Source: Phycisphaeraceae bacterium
GTDB taxonomy: Bacteria; Planctomycetota; Phycisphaerae; Phycisphaerales; Phycisphaeraceae
NCBI GenBank assembly: GCA_963674705.1
Contig: OY771506.1
Location: 736,001 to 800,000, forward strand
Reading direction: 5' to 3'
DNA length: 64,000 nucleotides
Of the stretch, positions 23,759 through 32,969 are shown one piece after another (positions within the stretch are counted from its first letter, which is position 1; every line of letters begins with the position of its first letter). The notes under the pieces are model-generated. The model had not been told where the DNA came from. It saw only the letters and a list, made by a program, of their open reading frames with translations, and did no database searches. A program made the translations under genes and the position numbers.

Positions 23759-23892
23759 TCTAATCGCTGATCGTTAATCGCTAATGTGTCGCACGGGGTG
23801 GAGGCAAATAGATATCCGGCCCTTCGCTGTGCTCAGGACCGGCGTTGGAGCAAGAGATATTAGCGATTAACGATCAGCGAATAGCGATTAGA
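23759..23892. repeat. Heptamer-built inverted repeat enclosing a family B REP-like unit
   Basis: Perfect 22-bp inverted repeat TCGCTGATCGTTAATCGCTAAT (23764-23785 / 23859-23880) around a family B copy at 23811-23848; lies between convergent genes. Confidence 0.85.
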
Positions 23893-23899
23893 GATTCTT

Positions 23900-24757
23900 C
23901 TACCACACCCCATCCAATATCTGACGGATCGCATGAGCGACGCCGTGATCGTGGTTGGGTTTGGTGACGTAATTTGCGTGTTGTTTGGCGGCGTCGATGG
24001 CGTTTTCCATGGCGATGCCGCAGCCGGCGGCCTGGAGCATGGCGACGTCGTTGATCTCGTCGCCGATCACCGCGATGCTTTCGTGGCCGATATTCATTTG
24101 CTCAGCGATCCACTCTAAGCCGTGCCATTTGTTCACACCGGGTGCGAAGACTTCGAGGATGTGGACCGCTTCATCGGGATCAGGTGACTGGACGGCGGCG
24201 AAGGCGTGGGCTTCGATTTTGTCGGCAAAGTTTGCCTGCACTCTTTCGAGGATGCGCGGCATCTGTGAGCCGGGCGCGACCATGCCGATGCGCAGCGTGT
24301 GTTGAAGATCGTCGGGTGTTACCTCGCGTTGTTCGTGCAGTTGCGATTGGGTGAAGTCGAACCACCACTTGCTGTTGGGTGTGACCTGGCCGTGGCCGGT
24401 GATGAGGTATTCGTGACCGACGCGGTTGGGTTCGCGATAGGCGAGCACGGCATGCGGTTCATCGCGCAGCAATTCAACCAGATCCGACGCAATCTGTGGA
24501 TCGAACGCTGTGTGATGGGCGGACTTACCCGACTTTACATCGGTGATAGTCGCGCCGGTAACGAAGACACCGAGCCCGAGGTCGGGTACCTGGTCGAGGA
24601 TGTATTTGGACTCGCGCCAGCCGCGGCCGGTGCAGGGCACGACCGTCAATCCCGCCTGATGTGCTTCTGCGATGGCGGCAGCGTTCTCCGGGCTGAGTTT
24701 GCCCTCCGGGCACAGCAGTGTGCCGTCCAGATCGATTGCAAGCAGGCGGTACTTCAT
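23900..24757 (-). CDS. Cof-type HAD-IIB hydrolase
   Basis: LAIDLDGTLL, CTGR, GVNK, IGDEINDVAML, AMENA. Confidence 0.92.
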   Translation of the reverse strand: MKYRLLAIDLDGTLLCPEGKLSPENAAAIAEAHQAGLTVVPCTGRGWRESKYILDQVPDLGLGVFVTGATITDVKSGKSAHHTAFDPQIASDLVELLRDEPHAVLAYREPNRVGHEYLITGHGQVTPNSKWWFDFTQSQLHEQREVTPDDLQHTLRIGMVAPGSQMPRILERVQANFADKIEAHAFAAVQSPDPDEAVHILEVFAPGVNKWHGLEWIAEQMNIGHESIAVIGDEINDVAMLQAAGCGIAMENAIDAAKQHANYVTKPNHDHGVAHAIRQILDGVW

Positions 24758-24795
24758 AGGGCGCACTGTATGCAGGAGGGGGTCAGGAATCAAAG

Positions 24796-24950
24796 GGGTG
24801 TGGGGTGTGGGAATTGTAATTTTGAATTTAGGATTGATGATTTATGATCTTTGCTAATGGCTAACAGCTAAAGGCTAATGGCTTTTCTCCCCCCAACGCC
24901 GGTCCTGAGCGCAGCGAAGGGGCGGGCATCTGATTTCAGACACCCGCCCG
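24796..24950. repeat. Second copy of the composite element (GGGTGTGGGGTGTGGG-AATTGTA, heptamers, family B unit)
   Basis: Shares GGGTGTGGGGTGTGGG(G)AATTGTA, ATTTAGGATTGATGATTT and GCTAATGGCTAA with 10967-11140; family B unit at 24891-24930 followed by a GGGCGGG/CCCGCCC hairpin. Confidence 0.8.
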
Positions 24951-24970
24951 TTTTGTGTGCCACGTTTTCT

Positions 24971-25867
24971 CTAGACACCGGGTTCCGGTGCAGGAGAAGG
25001 CGCGGGCTGGATCAGTTCGAACTCGTCCGCCTGGATGCGGATCGGCTCGCCGAAGTCCGGCATGCTGATCATCTGATGGATTTTCTTCATGACTTCTTCG
25101 GGTAGCTGCGGTTGTTGTTCGGATTCTGGATCCCATACCCCATCAAAGAGGACCTTATCATCGGCATCGGTCACTTTCAGGTGTGGGCCGTCGTCGGTTA
25201 TTTGGTTTAACTCGATGGTGTGGTTGCCGTCCTTCATGCTTAATTTGAATCGCTCGCTGGGCACAAATTTTTCAGGCATGATGAATTGTTCGGGAACGAC
25301 ATGCTCAAGGTCGGTCTTAAGCTTTTCCAGTTCAAACTTCGGTATCGTGAAGAACTTAGCGTTGCTAGGCATGGTCATGTTGGGAAAATACATGCCGGGC
25401 GCTGGGCCGGGCATCATCGATAATTCGGGCACCTCGTGTTCGGCAAGCGTCGCGGTAATCTGTTGGCTTTCCCCGCCACGGATCAGAGTAAGTTTCACGG
25501 TGTCGCCGGGCTCGTGCAGGCGGATCAACACCGCGAGCTGCTCGAAGTTGACCAGCAACTGGTCGTCGAGTTTGTGCAATACATCATGCTTCTCAAGCCC
25601 GGCCGCCTGCGCGGGGCTGTCATCGGCGACGTGCGTCACGACGAGCCCGAGGCCCTTGGGGAGTTTGAGCTGGCTGTTCAATGCCGGGGAAACGCGATCG
25701 GCGGTAATACCCAGGAAAGTCGCTTTGACCATCTTCTGCTTGGGCGCATTTGCCATCACGTGAAACATTGGACCGGGTACAGGTGCATCCGGCTTTTTAT
25801 CTGCGTGCACGGGGGCTGTAACAAGCCCCATCATCAATAAGGCAACGGAGAGTGAAAAACGGTACAT
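24971..25867 (-). CDS. Secreted PDZ domain protein
   Basis: Signal peptide; FLGI...GLVVTHVADDSPAQAAGLEKHDVL (HtrA-type PDZ); no protease domain evident. Confidence 0.85.
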   Translation of the reverse strand: MYRFSLSVALLMMGLVTAPVHADKKPDAPVPGPMFHVMANAPKQKMVKATFLGITADRVSPALNSQLKLPKGLGLVVTHVADDSPAQAAGLEKHDVLHKLDDQLLVNFEQLAVLIRLHEPGDTVKLTLIRGGESQQITATLAEHEVPELSMMPGPAPGMYFPNMTMPSNAKFFTIPKFELEKLKTDLEHVVPEQFIMPEKFVPSERFKLSMKDGNHTIELNQITDDGPHLKVTDADDKVLFDGVWDPESEQQPQLPEEVMKKIHQMISMPDFGEPIRIQADEFELIQPAPSPAPEPGV

Positions 25868-25898
25868 GGCTTGTTTCCTTATACAAAATGCGTTTGAT

Positions 25899-26387
25899 TC
25901 AATAGGGATTCTGTCTGGTTAATGTGACTTCACGCACGGGGCGGATCAGCTCGATATCGCGGTTATTTCCAGGATCAAACCATCGCGTGCGTTCGATGGT
26001 ATCCTGAACAGTAGCGCGGATCGGTGGTCCGGCATCGATGTTGTAAGAAAACTGCGATTGAGCGATCGGCCACTGCGCATCGATCTGCGTGGGCCCCGAC
26101 ACGAGACGCGGACCGGCTTCATCAGAATACGTCGGCGTCAGTTCTTTGACCTCACCCAATCGCCCGGGCGTTGATTGATTGTTCGTGTTGTTCTGCAGAC
26201 CAAGCAATAAACCGGCGGCGAAACATATTCCTCCGAAACACGCGGCGGCAGCGTACCCGCGCCAATGTGAACGCCGATGGACCATCGTCTGCTCGATGCG
26301 GTGATCGAGCATCCGGCTCGGTTTATGCAATGGCAAGCCGCGCAAGGCGGTTTCCAGTCGTTCATCGTGGGGTTCTTGTTGGTTCAT
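25899..26387 (-). CDS. Putative anti-sigma factor (single TM)
   Basis: Overlaps the ECF sigma stop by 4 nt; short N-terminal region LETALRGL...PS, one TM helix, C-terminal extracytoplasmic region. Confidence 0.6.
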   Translation of the reverse strand: MNQQEPHDERLETALRGLPLHKPSRMLDHRIEQTMVHRRSHWRGYAAAACFGGICFAAGLLLGLQNNTNNQSTPGRLGEVKELTPTYSDEAGPRLVSGPTQIDAQWPIAQSQFSYNIDAGPPIRATVQDTIERTRWFDPGNNRDIELIRPVREVTLTRQNPY

Positions 26388-26896
26388 ACTTCATCTCCCA
26401 ATACATCACGCAGCCGGCAAAGTGCGCGTTGGTAGCGCGAACTGATCGTGCTTAACGGCTCATCACACGCTTCGGCGATCTGCTGAAACGTCAAACCCGC
26501 ATACACCTTCATCACGACTGCGTGGCGCTGCTCATCGGGCAGGTTGTCGACCGCGTCGCGCAGCCGGTCGGCTGTTTCATCGGCGAGCACGGATTCGGAC
26601 GGATCGTGATACTGGCCGTTGTAGAGCGAGGTCGGGTCCGTCGCTGCTGTTTGTTTCCGACTCACCGTATCGATCGCGGTGTTCCGCACGGTGGCGAAGG
26701 TGTACGCAACCGGATCGCCACTGGCCGCAGTGCCGCGTCGCCACAATCTGGCGAACGCTTCCTGGACCGCGTCTTCAGCCAGGGCCGGTTGGCGGGTGAT
26801 CGAAAGCGCCAGGCTGTACAGGCCTTGGCGATGATCCCGATATATCCCTTCCAGTGAATCTCTCACCGATCCGGCGCCTCCCTCGGCCGCGTCCAT
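26384..26896 (-). CDS. ECF-type RNA polymerase sigma-70 factor
   Basis: AEDAVQEAFARLW, VRNTAID, LPDEQRHAVVMKVYAGLTFQQIAE..TISSR. Confidence 0.92.
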   Translation of the reverse strand: MDAAEGGAGSVRDSLEGIYRDHRQGLYSLALSITRQPALAEDAVQEAFARLWRRGTAASGDPVAYTFATVRNTAIDTVSRKQTAATDPTSLYNGQYHDPSESVLADETADRLRDAVDNLPDEQRHAVVMKVYAGLTFQQIAEACDEPLSTISSRYQRALCRLRDVLGDEV

Positions 26897-26955
26897 GTTC
26901 TCTACCTGTATACACCCCCAAACCCGGTCGGGTTTACGCATCGGGGTGAAGTTTT

Positions 26956-28392
26956 TTATAGAAGTGGTGAGAACAGCGAAGCCGCGCCTTCGGCGTATTG
27001 CTTGATGATCGGCCGCTCGCGCCATTCGCTGAGCATGACCGGCTTGGAGTTATTGAGATACTGTTGCTGAGCGAAACGCAGATGCTTGGTGATCTGCCCG
27101 CCGTAAAGCAGAACATTCACTTCAAAGTTCAGGTAAAACGAACGGATATCGAGGTTTGCAGAACCGAGCAGCGCAAAGGCATCGTCGACGGTGATCGTCT
27201 TGGCGTGCAGCATGCCGCCGTCGTAGGTGTGGATGTTGATCCCCGCTTCGAGCAACGGCTGGTAGTAATAACGCCCGGCTGCGGCGACGAGCGGGTGGTC
27301 GGACTTCCGTGGCACGATCAGGTCGACCTGCGCCCCACGATCCGCCGCCATCGACAGCGCGACCAGGCTCGGTTCATCGGGGACCAGGTATGGCGTGGTC
27401 ATGATGATGTGCCGTTGGGCGGCGGACAGGGCCGCGATCAGCACGCGACGGAAGGTTTCACCCTCGTTGTTCGGTCCTGTCGGCACGACCTGTGCGGGGA
27501 TGTCGCCGGTCGGTTCGAGCGGGGGAAAAAGGTCCTCACCGCCAAGCGCCTGATCGGTTTCAAAGGTCCAGTCTTCGCAGAAAAGTTGCTGGAACTGCGA
27601 GACGACGGGCCCGGTGAATCGTGCGGACAGGTCGACCCACTTGCCCGCATGCTTGTGGCCGTAATCTTCATTGACCGCGTTATGGCTGCCGGCATAAGCG
27701 CTGCGCCCGTCGATCACCGCGACTTTTCGGTGGTTACGTAGATCGATCCGCGCAAGCTTTCTGCGCCAGGGAGCGACCGGCAGCATGGGGATGACTTCCA
27801 CGCTGTTATCGCGCAGATGCTTGGGCATCTCGCTGCGGAAAAACGGCCGAGAACCCGCGGCGTCCGCCAGCAACCGGCAGGCAACGCCCCGCTTGCTCGC
27901 GCGGACCAGCGCTTCGGTGATCTTTGTGCCGATATCATCGGGCCGATAGATGTAGTAGAGCAGGTGTGCGTGGTGCTTGGCCGCGTCGATATCTTCCACA
28001 AGCCGATCGGTCAGGTCGTCCGCACTGGAAAGCAGTTCAACATCGTTGCCCGCGATGATCGGGTTGCCGCTGATGCGTTCGGCCTGGAGGATCATGTTGT
28101 GTTGCTGCGGCTCGATCTCTGGCCGAACAACAAACTCCGCAAAGCGTTCGGGATTATAGCGGGCGCGCGATTGCGCCTGTGAGATGCCATAGGTTCGGAC
28201 GCGACGTTTGCCGAGGTGGCTCACGCCGATCAACAGATAGATAAACAGGCCTAATTCGGGCAAGAAGAAGATGAGCACCAGCCAGGCCATGGACGTGCTG
28301 GGTGAGAAGCGTCTGCGCAGGATGACACCGGCCATCACGATCCGGATGATCCATTCGGATGCCGCCAGCAGAATGAGTAGAAACCAAGCCAT
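26956..28392 (-). CDS. cls: Cardiolipin synthase
   Basis: Two N-terminal TMs (PLDc_N) and two HKD motifs (HRKVAVID, HAKTITVD). Confidence 0.92.
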   Translation of the reverse strand: MAWFLLILLAASEWIIRIVMAGVILRRRFSPSTSMAWLVLIFFLPELGLFIYLLIGVSHLGKRRVRTYGISQAQSRARYNPERFAEFVVRPEIEPQQHNMILQAERISGNPIIAGNDVELLSSADDLTDRLVEDIDAAKHHAHLLYYIYRPDDIGTKITEALVRASKRGVACRLLADAAGSRPFFRSEMPKHLRDNSVEVIPMLPVAPWRRKLARIDLRNHRKVAVIDGRSAYAGSHNAVNEDYGHKHAGKWVDLSARFTGPVVSQFQQLFCEDWTFETDQALGGEDLFPPLEPTGDIPAQVVPTGPNNEGETFRRVLIAALSAAQRHIIMTTPYLVPDEPSLVALSMAADRGAQVDLIVPRKSDHPLVAAAGRYYYQPLLEAGINIHTYDGGMLHAKTITVDDAFALLGSANLDIRSFYLNFEVNVLLYGGQITKHLRFAQQQYLNNSKPVMLSEWRERPIIKQYAEGAASLFSPLL

Positions 28393-28453
28393 GCAATATC
28401 ACCCCTGATACGGCCTACAGGTTAGCGGGCGATTGAGCTTTTAGCCAAGCAGA

Positions 28454-29596
28454 TCACCCAACAGGTTGAGAAGCCGTCGCAAGCGATCGCATGATGCGGA
28501 CCGCGACGTTGTCGCACGTGATCGAGAGATTGACGTTGGAAGCCAGCAGCATCTGCGCCTCATTGGTCGCTTCAACAACATTCAGCCAGGGAGTCAAAAT
28601 TGCTTCGCTTACGATCGTGTCATCCGGATCACATTGACTGGTGAGTTCAGCGATTCTGCTGCGAGCGTGGTTGGCGATCAGCGACCACATCATGTCGGCC
28701 GCCTGCTTGTTCGCGGCTTCCTTGGATGCGTTGTCATGTGCTTTGACCCAGTCGCCGGCAAACGTATCGATGAAGTCGTAAAGCATCTGGCCCAGCCCGG
28801 GCGTCGGTCTGCCTTGCGCTGCAAGATCGAGAGCGGGCAAGACATTGTCAGACCAACGAAGCAGATCGAACCGCGTGATGATCTGTGACCGCCCCATGCT
28901 GCCATCGGCAAACTGCATCAGAGCCCGGCGTTGGGTCGCGCTTAAATCCGGTGCGTGTCGGTCGCACCACCGCTCTATCGCTTCATTCGGCAAGGAAGTA
29001 AACGCGACACGCATGCACCGGCTGCGGATCGTCGGCAGCAGTTTGTCTTCGTTGCTGGTCACCAGGATGATCGTCGTCCCGTCGGGCGGTTCTTCAAGCG
29101 TCTTGAGCAAGGCGTTCTGGCCTGTCGGGTTCAGCAGTTCCGCTTCATCGACGATGAACACCTTGCCGTGCCCGAGCTTCGACGCCAGGTACGCGGGTTC
29201 GATTAATGCCGAGCGGAGCACCTGCACCGGGATGCTGGTGAGCTTGCGGTCGCGGATCGTGCGGTCTTCGTTGAAGCGAGCAAGCTCTTTGCGGATGACG
29301 TGCAGGTCCGGGTGGGCGGTGGTCAGGCCGTGCGTATCGTCTTCTTCGTCCGCGTCGTCTTCCTGCGAAAGCGATCTCAATAACCGGCACGATTCACAAC
29401 TGTCGCATGCGCTGACCTGGCCGGTTAATCCGGTCTGGCGATCATGACACAGCAGCACACGTGCGTATGCCAGCGCGGTGGTGAACTTCCCGACACCGGT
29501 GGGCCCGTGGAAGATCAGGGCGTGGTGCTGGCGACCGGTACTTAGCTGGCGATCCAGCAGGTCGATCGCCCGAGGTTGTCCGAGGATGCGGTCCAT
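28454..29596 (-). CDS. holB: DNA polymerase III subunit delta'
   Basis: HALIFHGPTGVGK, Zn cysteines CDSCESC, HPDLH, IVDEAE, NALLKTLEEP, LPTIRSRC. Confidence 0.9.
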   Translation of the reverse strand: MDRILGQPRAIDLLDRQLSTGRQHHALIFHGPTGVGKFTTALAYARVLLCHDRQTGLTGQVSACDSCESCRLLRSLSQEDDADEEDDTHGLTTAHPDLHVIRKELARFNEDRTIRDRKLTSIPVQVLRSALIEPAYLASKLGHGKVFIVDEAELLNPTGQNALLKTLEEPPDGTTIILVTSNEDKLLPTIRSRCMRVAFTSLPNEAIERWCDRHAPDLSATQRRALMQFADGSMGRSQIITRFDLLRWSDNVLPALDLAAQGRPTPGLGQMLYDFIDTFAGDWVKAHDNASKEAANKQAADMMWSLIANHARSRIAELTSQCDPDDTIVSEAILTPWLNVVEATNEAQMLLASNVNLSITCDNVAVRIMRSLATASQPVG

Positions 29597-29754
29597 AAGT
29601 CCATCCTAGCAGAGACCGGCTAAATGTATCAGTCTGGTGCGGTTTTTCAGAAATATATCAAGGTTTTGCCGAGCATTTGCGTGCGACGGGCACTCGGCAA
29701 ACGGCCCCGGCTTTGATACAATCCGGTGCTCATTCACTTATTAGCGAGGTGGCC

Positions 29755-30444
29755 ATGACAACCCCCAACGGCCCGTTTGATGCGCCTGTGGACTCGGCCG
29801 ATCCCGGCATGGGTAGACCGATCGTGGCGCTGGTGATGGTCTTCATCGTTGGTATAGCGTGCGTCGGCCTGATCTACGCCGTCGGTGAACCGATCGATCC
29901 AACCACGATGGTCGCGGCAGACGGTTCGGACCAAGTAGACGCCGAGGCGAAAACAACAGAAGAAGTCGACACTTCAAAACCGTCGACCCACAACACAATA
30001 CCCCCCGCTCAAGCCTACGTCTCCCCCGGCGGCACCAACCCCTTCCCGAATTACGGTGAACCCAAAGCCCCGCCGATACCTCCCACTCAACTCATCGATG
30101 AGCAAACGTTCGACGCCCCACCGCCGCAGGCTTCCACGCTCCCCGATCCCGAAGGCCCCGTGCCGTGGGACGAGGCGTACAAATACCTCGATCGTGTGAT
30201 CACCGTAAAGGGCACGATTGTTGACACGAATAACATCGGGAACATCTGCTTCCTGAATTACGACTCCGACTGGCAGGACAAGTTCTACATCGCGATGTTC
30301 AAGGAAGCGTTTGAACTGTTGCCCGATCCGCCGGAGGAACACTACCTGAATAAAACACTGTTGGTCACCGGGAAAGTCACGCTGCATAAAGACCGCCCTC
30401 AGATCGAGGTGCGGGATGTGTCGCAGATCGAGGTTGTTGACTGA
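29755..30444 (+). CDS. Membrane-anchored protein with Pro-rich linker and C-terminal OB-fold-like domain
   Basis: One TM, Pro/Thr-rich linker, then ITVKGTIV..FLNY..YLNKTLLVTGKVTLHKDRPQIEV. Confidence 0.7.
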   Translation: MTTPNGPFDAPVDSADPGMGRPIVALVMVFIVGIACVGLIYAVGEPIDPTTMVAADGSDQVDAEAKTTEEVDTSKPSTHNTIPPAQAYVSPGGTNPFPNYGEPKAPPIPPTQLIDEQTFDAPPPQASTLPDPEGPVPWDEAYKYLDRVITVKGTIVDTNNIGNICFLNYDSDWQDKFYIAMFKEAFELLPDPPEEHYLNKTLLVTGKVTLHKDRPQIEVRDVSQIEVVD

Positions 30445-30530
30445 CCGGTTATTGATTAACAGCACAAGCCAAGCGTACCACGAATCAGTACCCAATTATC
30501 CTTAACCACCTTGGAGATTGAGAACCCCTC

Positions 30531-31937
30531 ATGAGCTCAGGAAGCAAACCCGGCAGTGCGGACCAGCCTCTGCGTGTCGCCATCATCGGTGCCGGCCCCG
30601 CCGGCTTCTACGCCGCAGATCACCTGCTTAAGCAAGCAGACCTTAACGTGGAAGTCGACATGTTCGACCGGTTGCCGACGCCCTTCGGTCTTGTGCGCCA
30701 CGGCGTCGCGCCAGACCACCCGAATATCAAGAAAGTCACCAAGGTCTTCGACCGCACCGCGCAGAACCACAAGTTCCGTTTCTTCGGCAACGTCACCTGC
30801 GGTACACACCTTAAACCCTCCGACCTCCGCAAGTACTATCACCAGATCGTCTACACCGTCGGCGCCCAGACCGACCGTCGGCTCAACATCCCCGGCGAAA
30901 AATTGAAAGGCTCGCACTCGGCGACCGAGTTCGTCGCCTGGTACAACGGCCACCCGTATTACCGTGACCTGGAATTCGACCTGTCACAGGAAAGTGTCGC
31001 GGTGGTCGGTGTGGGCAACGTCGCGGTCGACGTCGCTCGCATCCTCTGCCGGACGGTGGATGAACTGAAGGAAACCGACATCGCCGACTACGCGCTCGAG
31101 CAGCTTGCCGAGAGCAAGGTCAAGCATGTTGTGATGCTCGGCCGGCGCGGGCCCGCTCAGGCCGCGTTCAGCCTGCCGGAACTCAAAGAACTGGGCAAGA
31201 TGCATGATGCACAGGTTCGCGTTTTGCCCGAGGAAGTCGCGCTTGATGAACTGACGATGAAGTACATGGCCGACAACCCCGACAGCACCGTCGAGAAGAA
31301 GGTCGAGACGCTGCAAGCCCTGGCCGAAGCGCCGGACGAAGGCAAGTCGCGTGACCTGATCATCCGCTTCCTCGTCTCACCGACGCAGATCACCGAGAAG
31401 GACGGCTGCGTTGCAGGCATCGACATCATCCACAATGAACTGTACAAGACCGACGACGGCACGCTCCGCCCGCGCGCTACTGAAAAGAGCGAACACCTGG
31501 ATTGCGGGCTCGTGTTCCGCAGCGTCGGGTATCAGGGCGTCGCGCTGGAAGGCGTCCCCTTCCATTCACGCTGGGCGGTGATCCCGAATGAAAAAGGCCG
31601 CGTTACCGATGACAAGACACACGAGCAACTCGTCGGTGAATACTGCGCCGGCTGGATCAAACGTGGCCCGACCGGTTTGATCGGCACGAACAAGGGCGAC
31701 GCCATCGAAACCGTTGAGTGCATGCTTGAAGACGTCCAGTCGGGCAAGCTGCTCAACCCCGAGCACCCCGACGCCGATGCCGCAGAGAAGTTCGTGCGTG
31801 AACGCCAGCCGGCGTTCTTCAGCTACGACCACTGGCAATCGCTGGACGCCCACGAACTTAACCTCGGCAAAGAGCTTGGCCGACCCCGCGTGAAACTCAC
31901 GACGATCGAGTCCATGCTCGATGCGCTGGGGGATTGA
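30531..31937 (+). CDS. Ferredoxin-NADP+ reductase, adrenodoxin-reductase/FprA type
   Basis: GAGPAGFYAA, PFGLVRHGVAPDH, FVAWYNGHP, GVGNVAVDVAR, GWIKRGPTGLIGTN. Confidence 0.92.
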   Translation: MSSGSKPGSADQPLRVAIIGAGPAGFYAADHLLKQADLNVEVDMFDRLPTPFGLVRHGVAPDHPNIKKVTKVFDRTAQNHKFRFFGNVTCGTHLKPSDLRKYYHQIVYTVGAQTDRRLNIPGEKLKGSHSATEFVAWYNGHPYYRDLEFDLSQESVAVVGVGNVAVDVARILCRTVDELKETDIADYALEQLAESKVKHVVMLGRRGPAQAAFSLPELKELGKMHDAQVRVLPEEVALDELTMKYMADNPDSTVEKKVETLQALAEAPDEGKSRDLIIRFLVSPTQITEKDGCVAGIDIIHNELYKTDDGTLRPRATEKSEHLDCGLVFRSVGYQGVALEGVPFHSRWAVIPNEKGRVTDDKTHEQLVGEYCAGWIKRGPTGLIGTNKGDAIETVECMLEDVQSGKLLNPEHPDADAAEKFVRERQPAFFSYDHWQSLDAHELNLGKELGRPRVKLTTIESMLDALGD

Positions 31938-31964
31938 GTTAAGGTTGGTCGCGACAAATTAACC

Positions 31965-32040
31965 AACAGCCGCAGGCGGAAGCCTGCGGTTTTTCTTTGG
32001 TTTGATGTTGACGCAACCCGGGCTTCCGCTCGGGGCTATT
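31965..32040. repeat. Inverted pair of family C REP-like hairpins; the first may also act as a terminator
   Basis: AACAGCCGCAGGCGGAAGCCTGCGG followed by a T-run (31965-31994) and the reverse complement of AATAGCCCCGAGCGGAAGCCCGGG (32017-32040); third copy at 57904. Confidence 0.7.
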
Positions 32041-32082
32041 ATGTGGTGTGGTTGATGAAGAATGTGATAAGCTTCAAACAAG

Positions 32083-32892
32083 ATGACAGAGAACAACCCT
32101 TACAACGCTACGCTGCTGAATCGCAAGGATATCAACGAAGCGCTGGCCATCTTCACGGTCGGCTTTGTTGGCGATGAAAAGCTCGACTTCGAGCCGGGCC
32201 AGTTCACGACGCTTGCGCTGATCGATCCCGACGCCCCGCCTCGCCCCGCCGGTTCGCGCAGGCGCGGCCCGAAGATGATCCGCCGGGCTTACTCGATCGC
32301 CAACACACCCGGCCAGCAATCGCAAGCAGAGTTCTACATCGTGCGTGTAAACGATGGCAAACTCACGCCGATGCTCTGGCAACTCAAACCGGGTGACCCC
32401 TTGTTCATGGATACCAAGGTCAAGGGTGAATTCACGCTCGAAGGTGTTCCTGCAAACAAGCACCTGATCCTGATCGCCACCGGCACAGGCCTCGCCCCCT
32501 ACTGGTCCATGATCAACACGTACCGTGGCAATAACCGCTGGCGGAAACTGATCCTGATTGAGAGCTGCCGCAACGCGGTAGATCTGGCTTATCACGATCA
32601 ACTTAAAAACATGGCGGCGGGGGATGATTCGATCATCTACCTGCCCACCGTTACGCGCGAGCCGGTAGATTCACCATGGCAAGGCCTGAGAGGCCGTATC
32701 GGGAACATCCTTAAGCCCGAAGCATTCAAGTACATCACGAATATCGAACTCGATCCCGAAAAGTGCTTCGCCATGCTCTGCGGCAATCCTCAGATGATCG
32801 AACAGACAACTGAATCACTAAGCAGATTAGGCTTCACCACTGGGGATCGCGATCAACCCGATGGAAACATCCGGCTAGAACGGTACTGGTAA
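32083..32892 (+). CDS. fpr: Ferredoxin(flavodoxin)-NADP+ reductase, bacterial Fpr type
   Basis: FEPGQF, RRAYSIAN, GKLTP, ATGTGLAPY, LCGNPQMI, C-terminal ERYW. Confidence 0.9.
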   Translation: MTENNPYNATLLNRKDINEALAIFTVGFVGDEKLDFEPGQFTTLALIDPDAPPRPAGSRRRGPKMIRRAYSIANTPGQQSQAEFYIVRVNDGKLTPMLWQLKPGDPLFMDTKVKGEFTLEGVPANKHLILIATGTGLAPYWSMINTYRGNNRWRKLILIESCRNAVDLAYHDQLKNMAAGDDSIIYLPTVTREPVDSPWQGLRGRIGNILKPEAFKYITNIELDPEKCFAMLCGNPQMIEQTTESLSRLGFTTGDRDQPDGNIRLERYW

Positions 32893-32969
32893 ATTCACTT
32901 TAAACAAATTTTCACTTTCATTTATGGATACTCGGAACCCGCGCTATGGGTTCGGCGTAACCATGAGTA

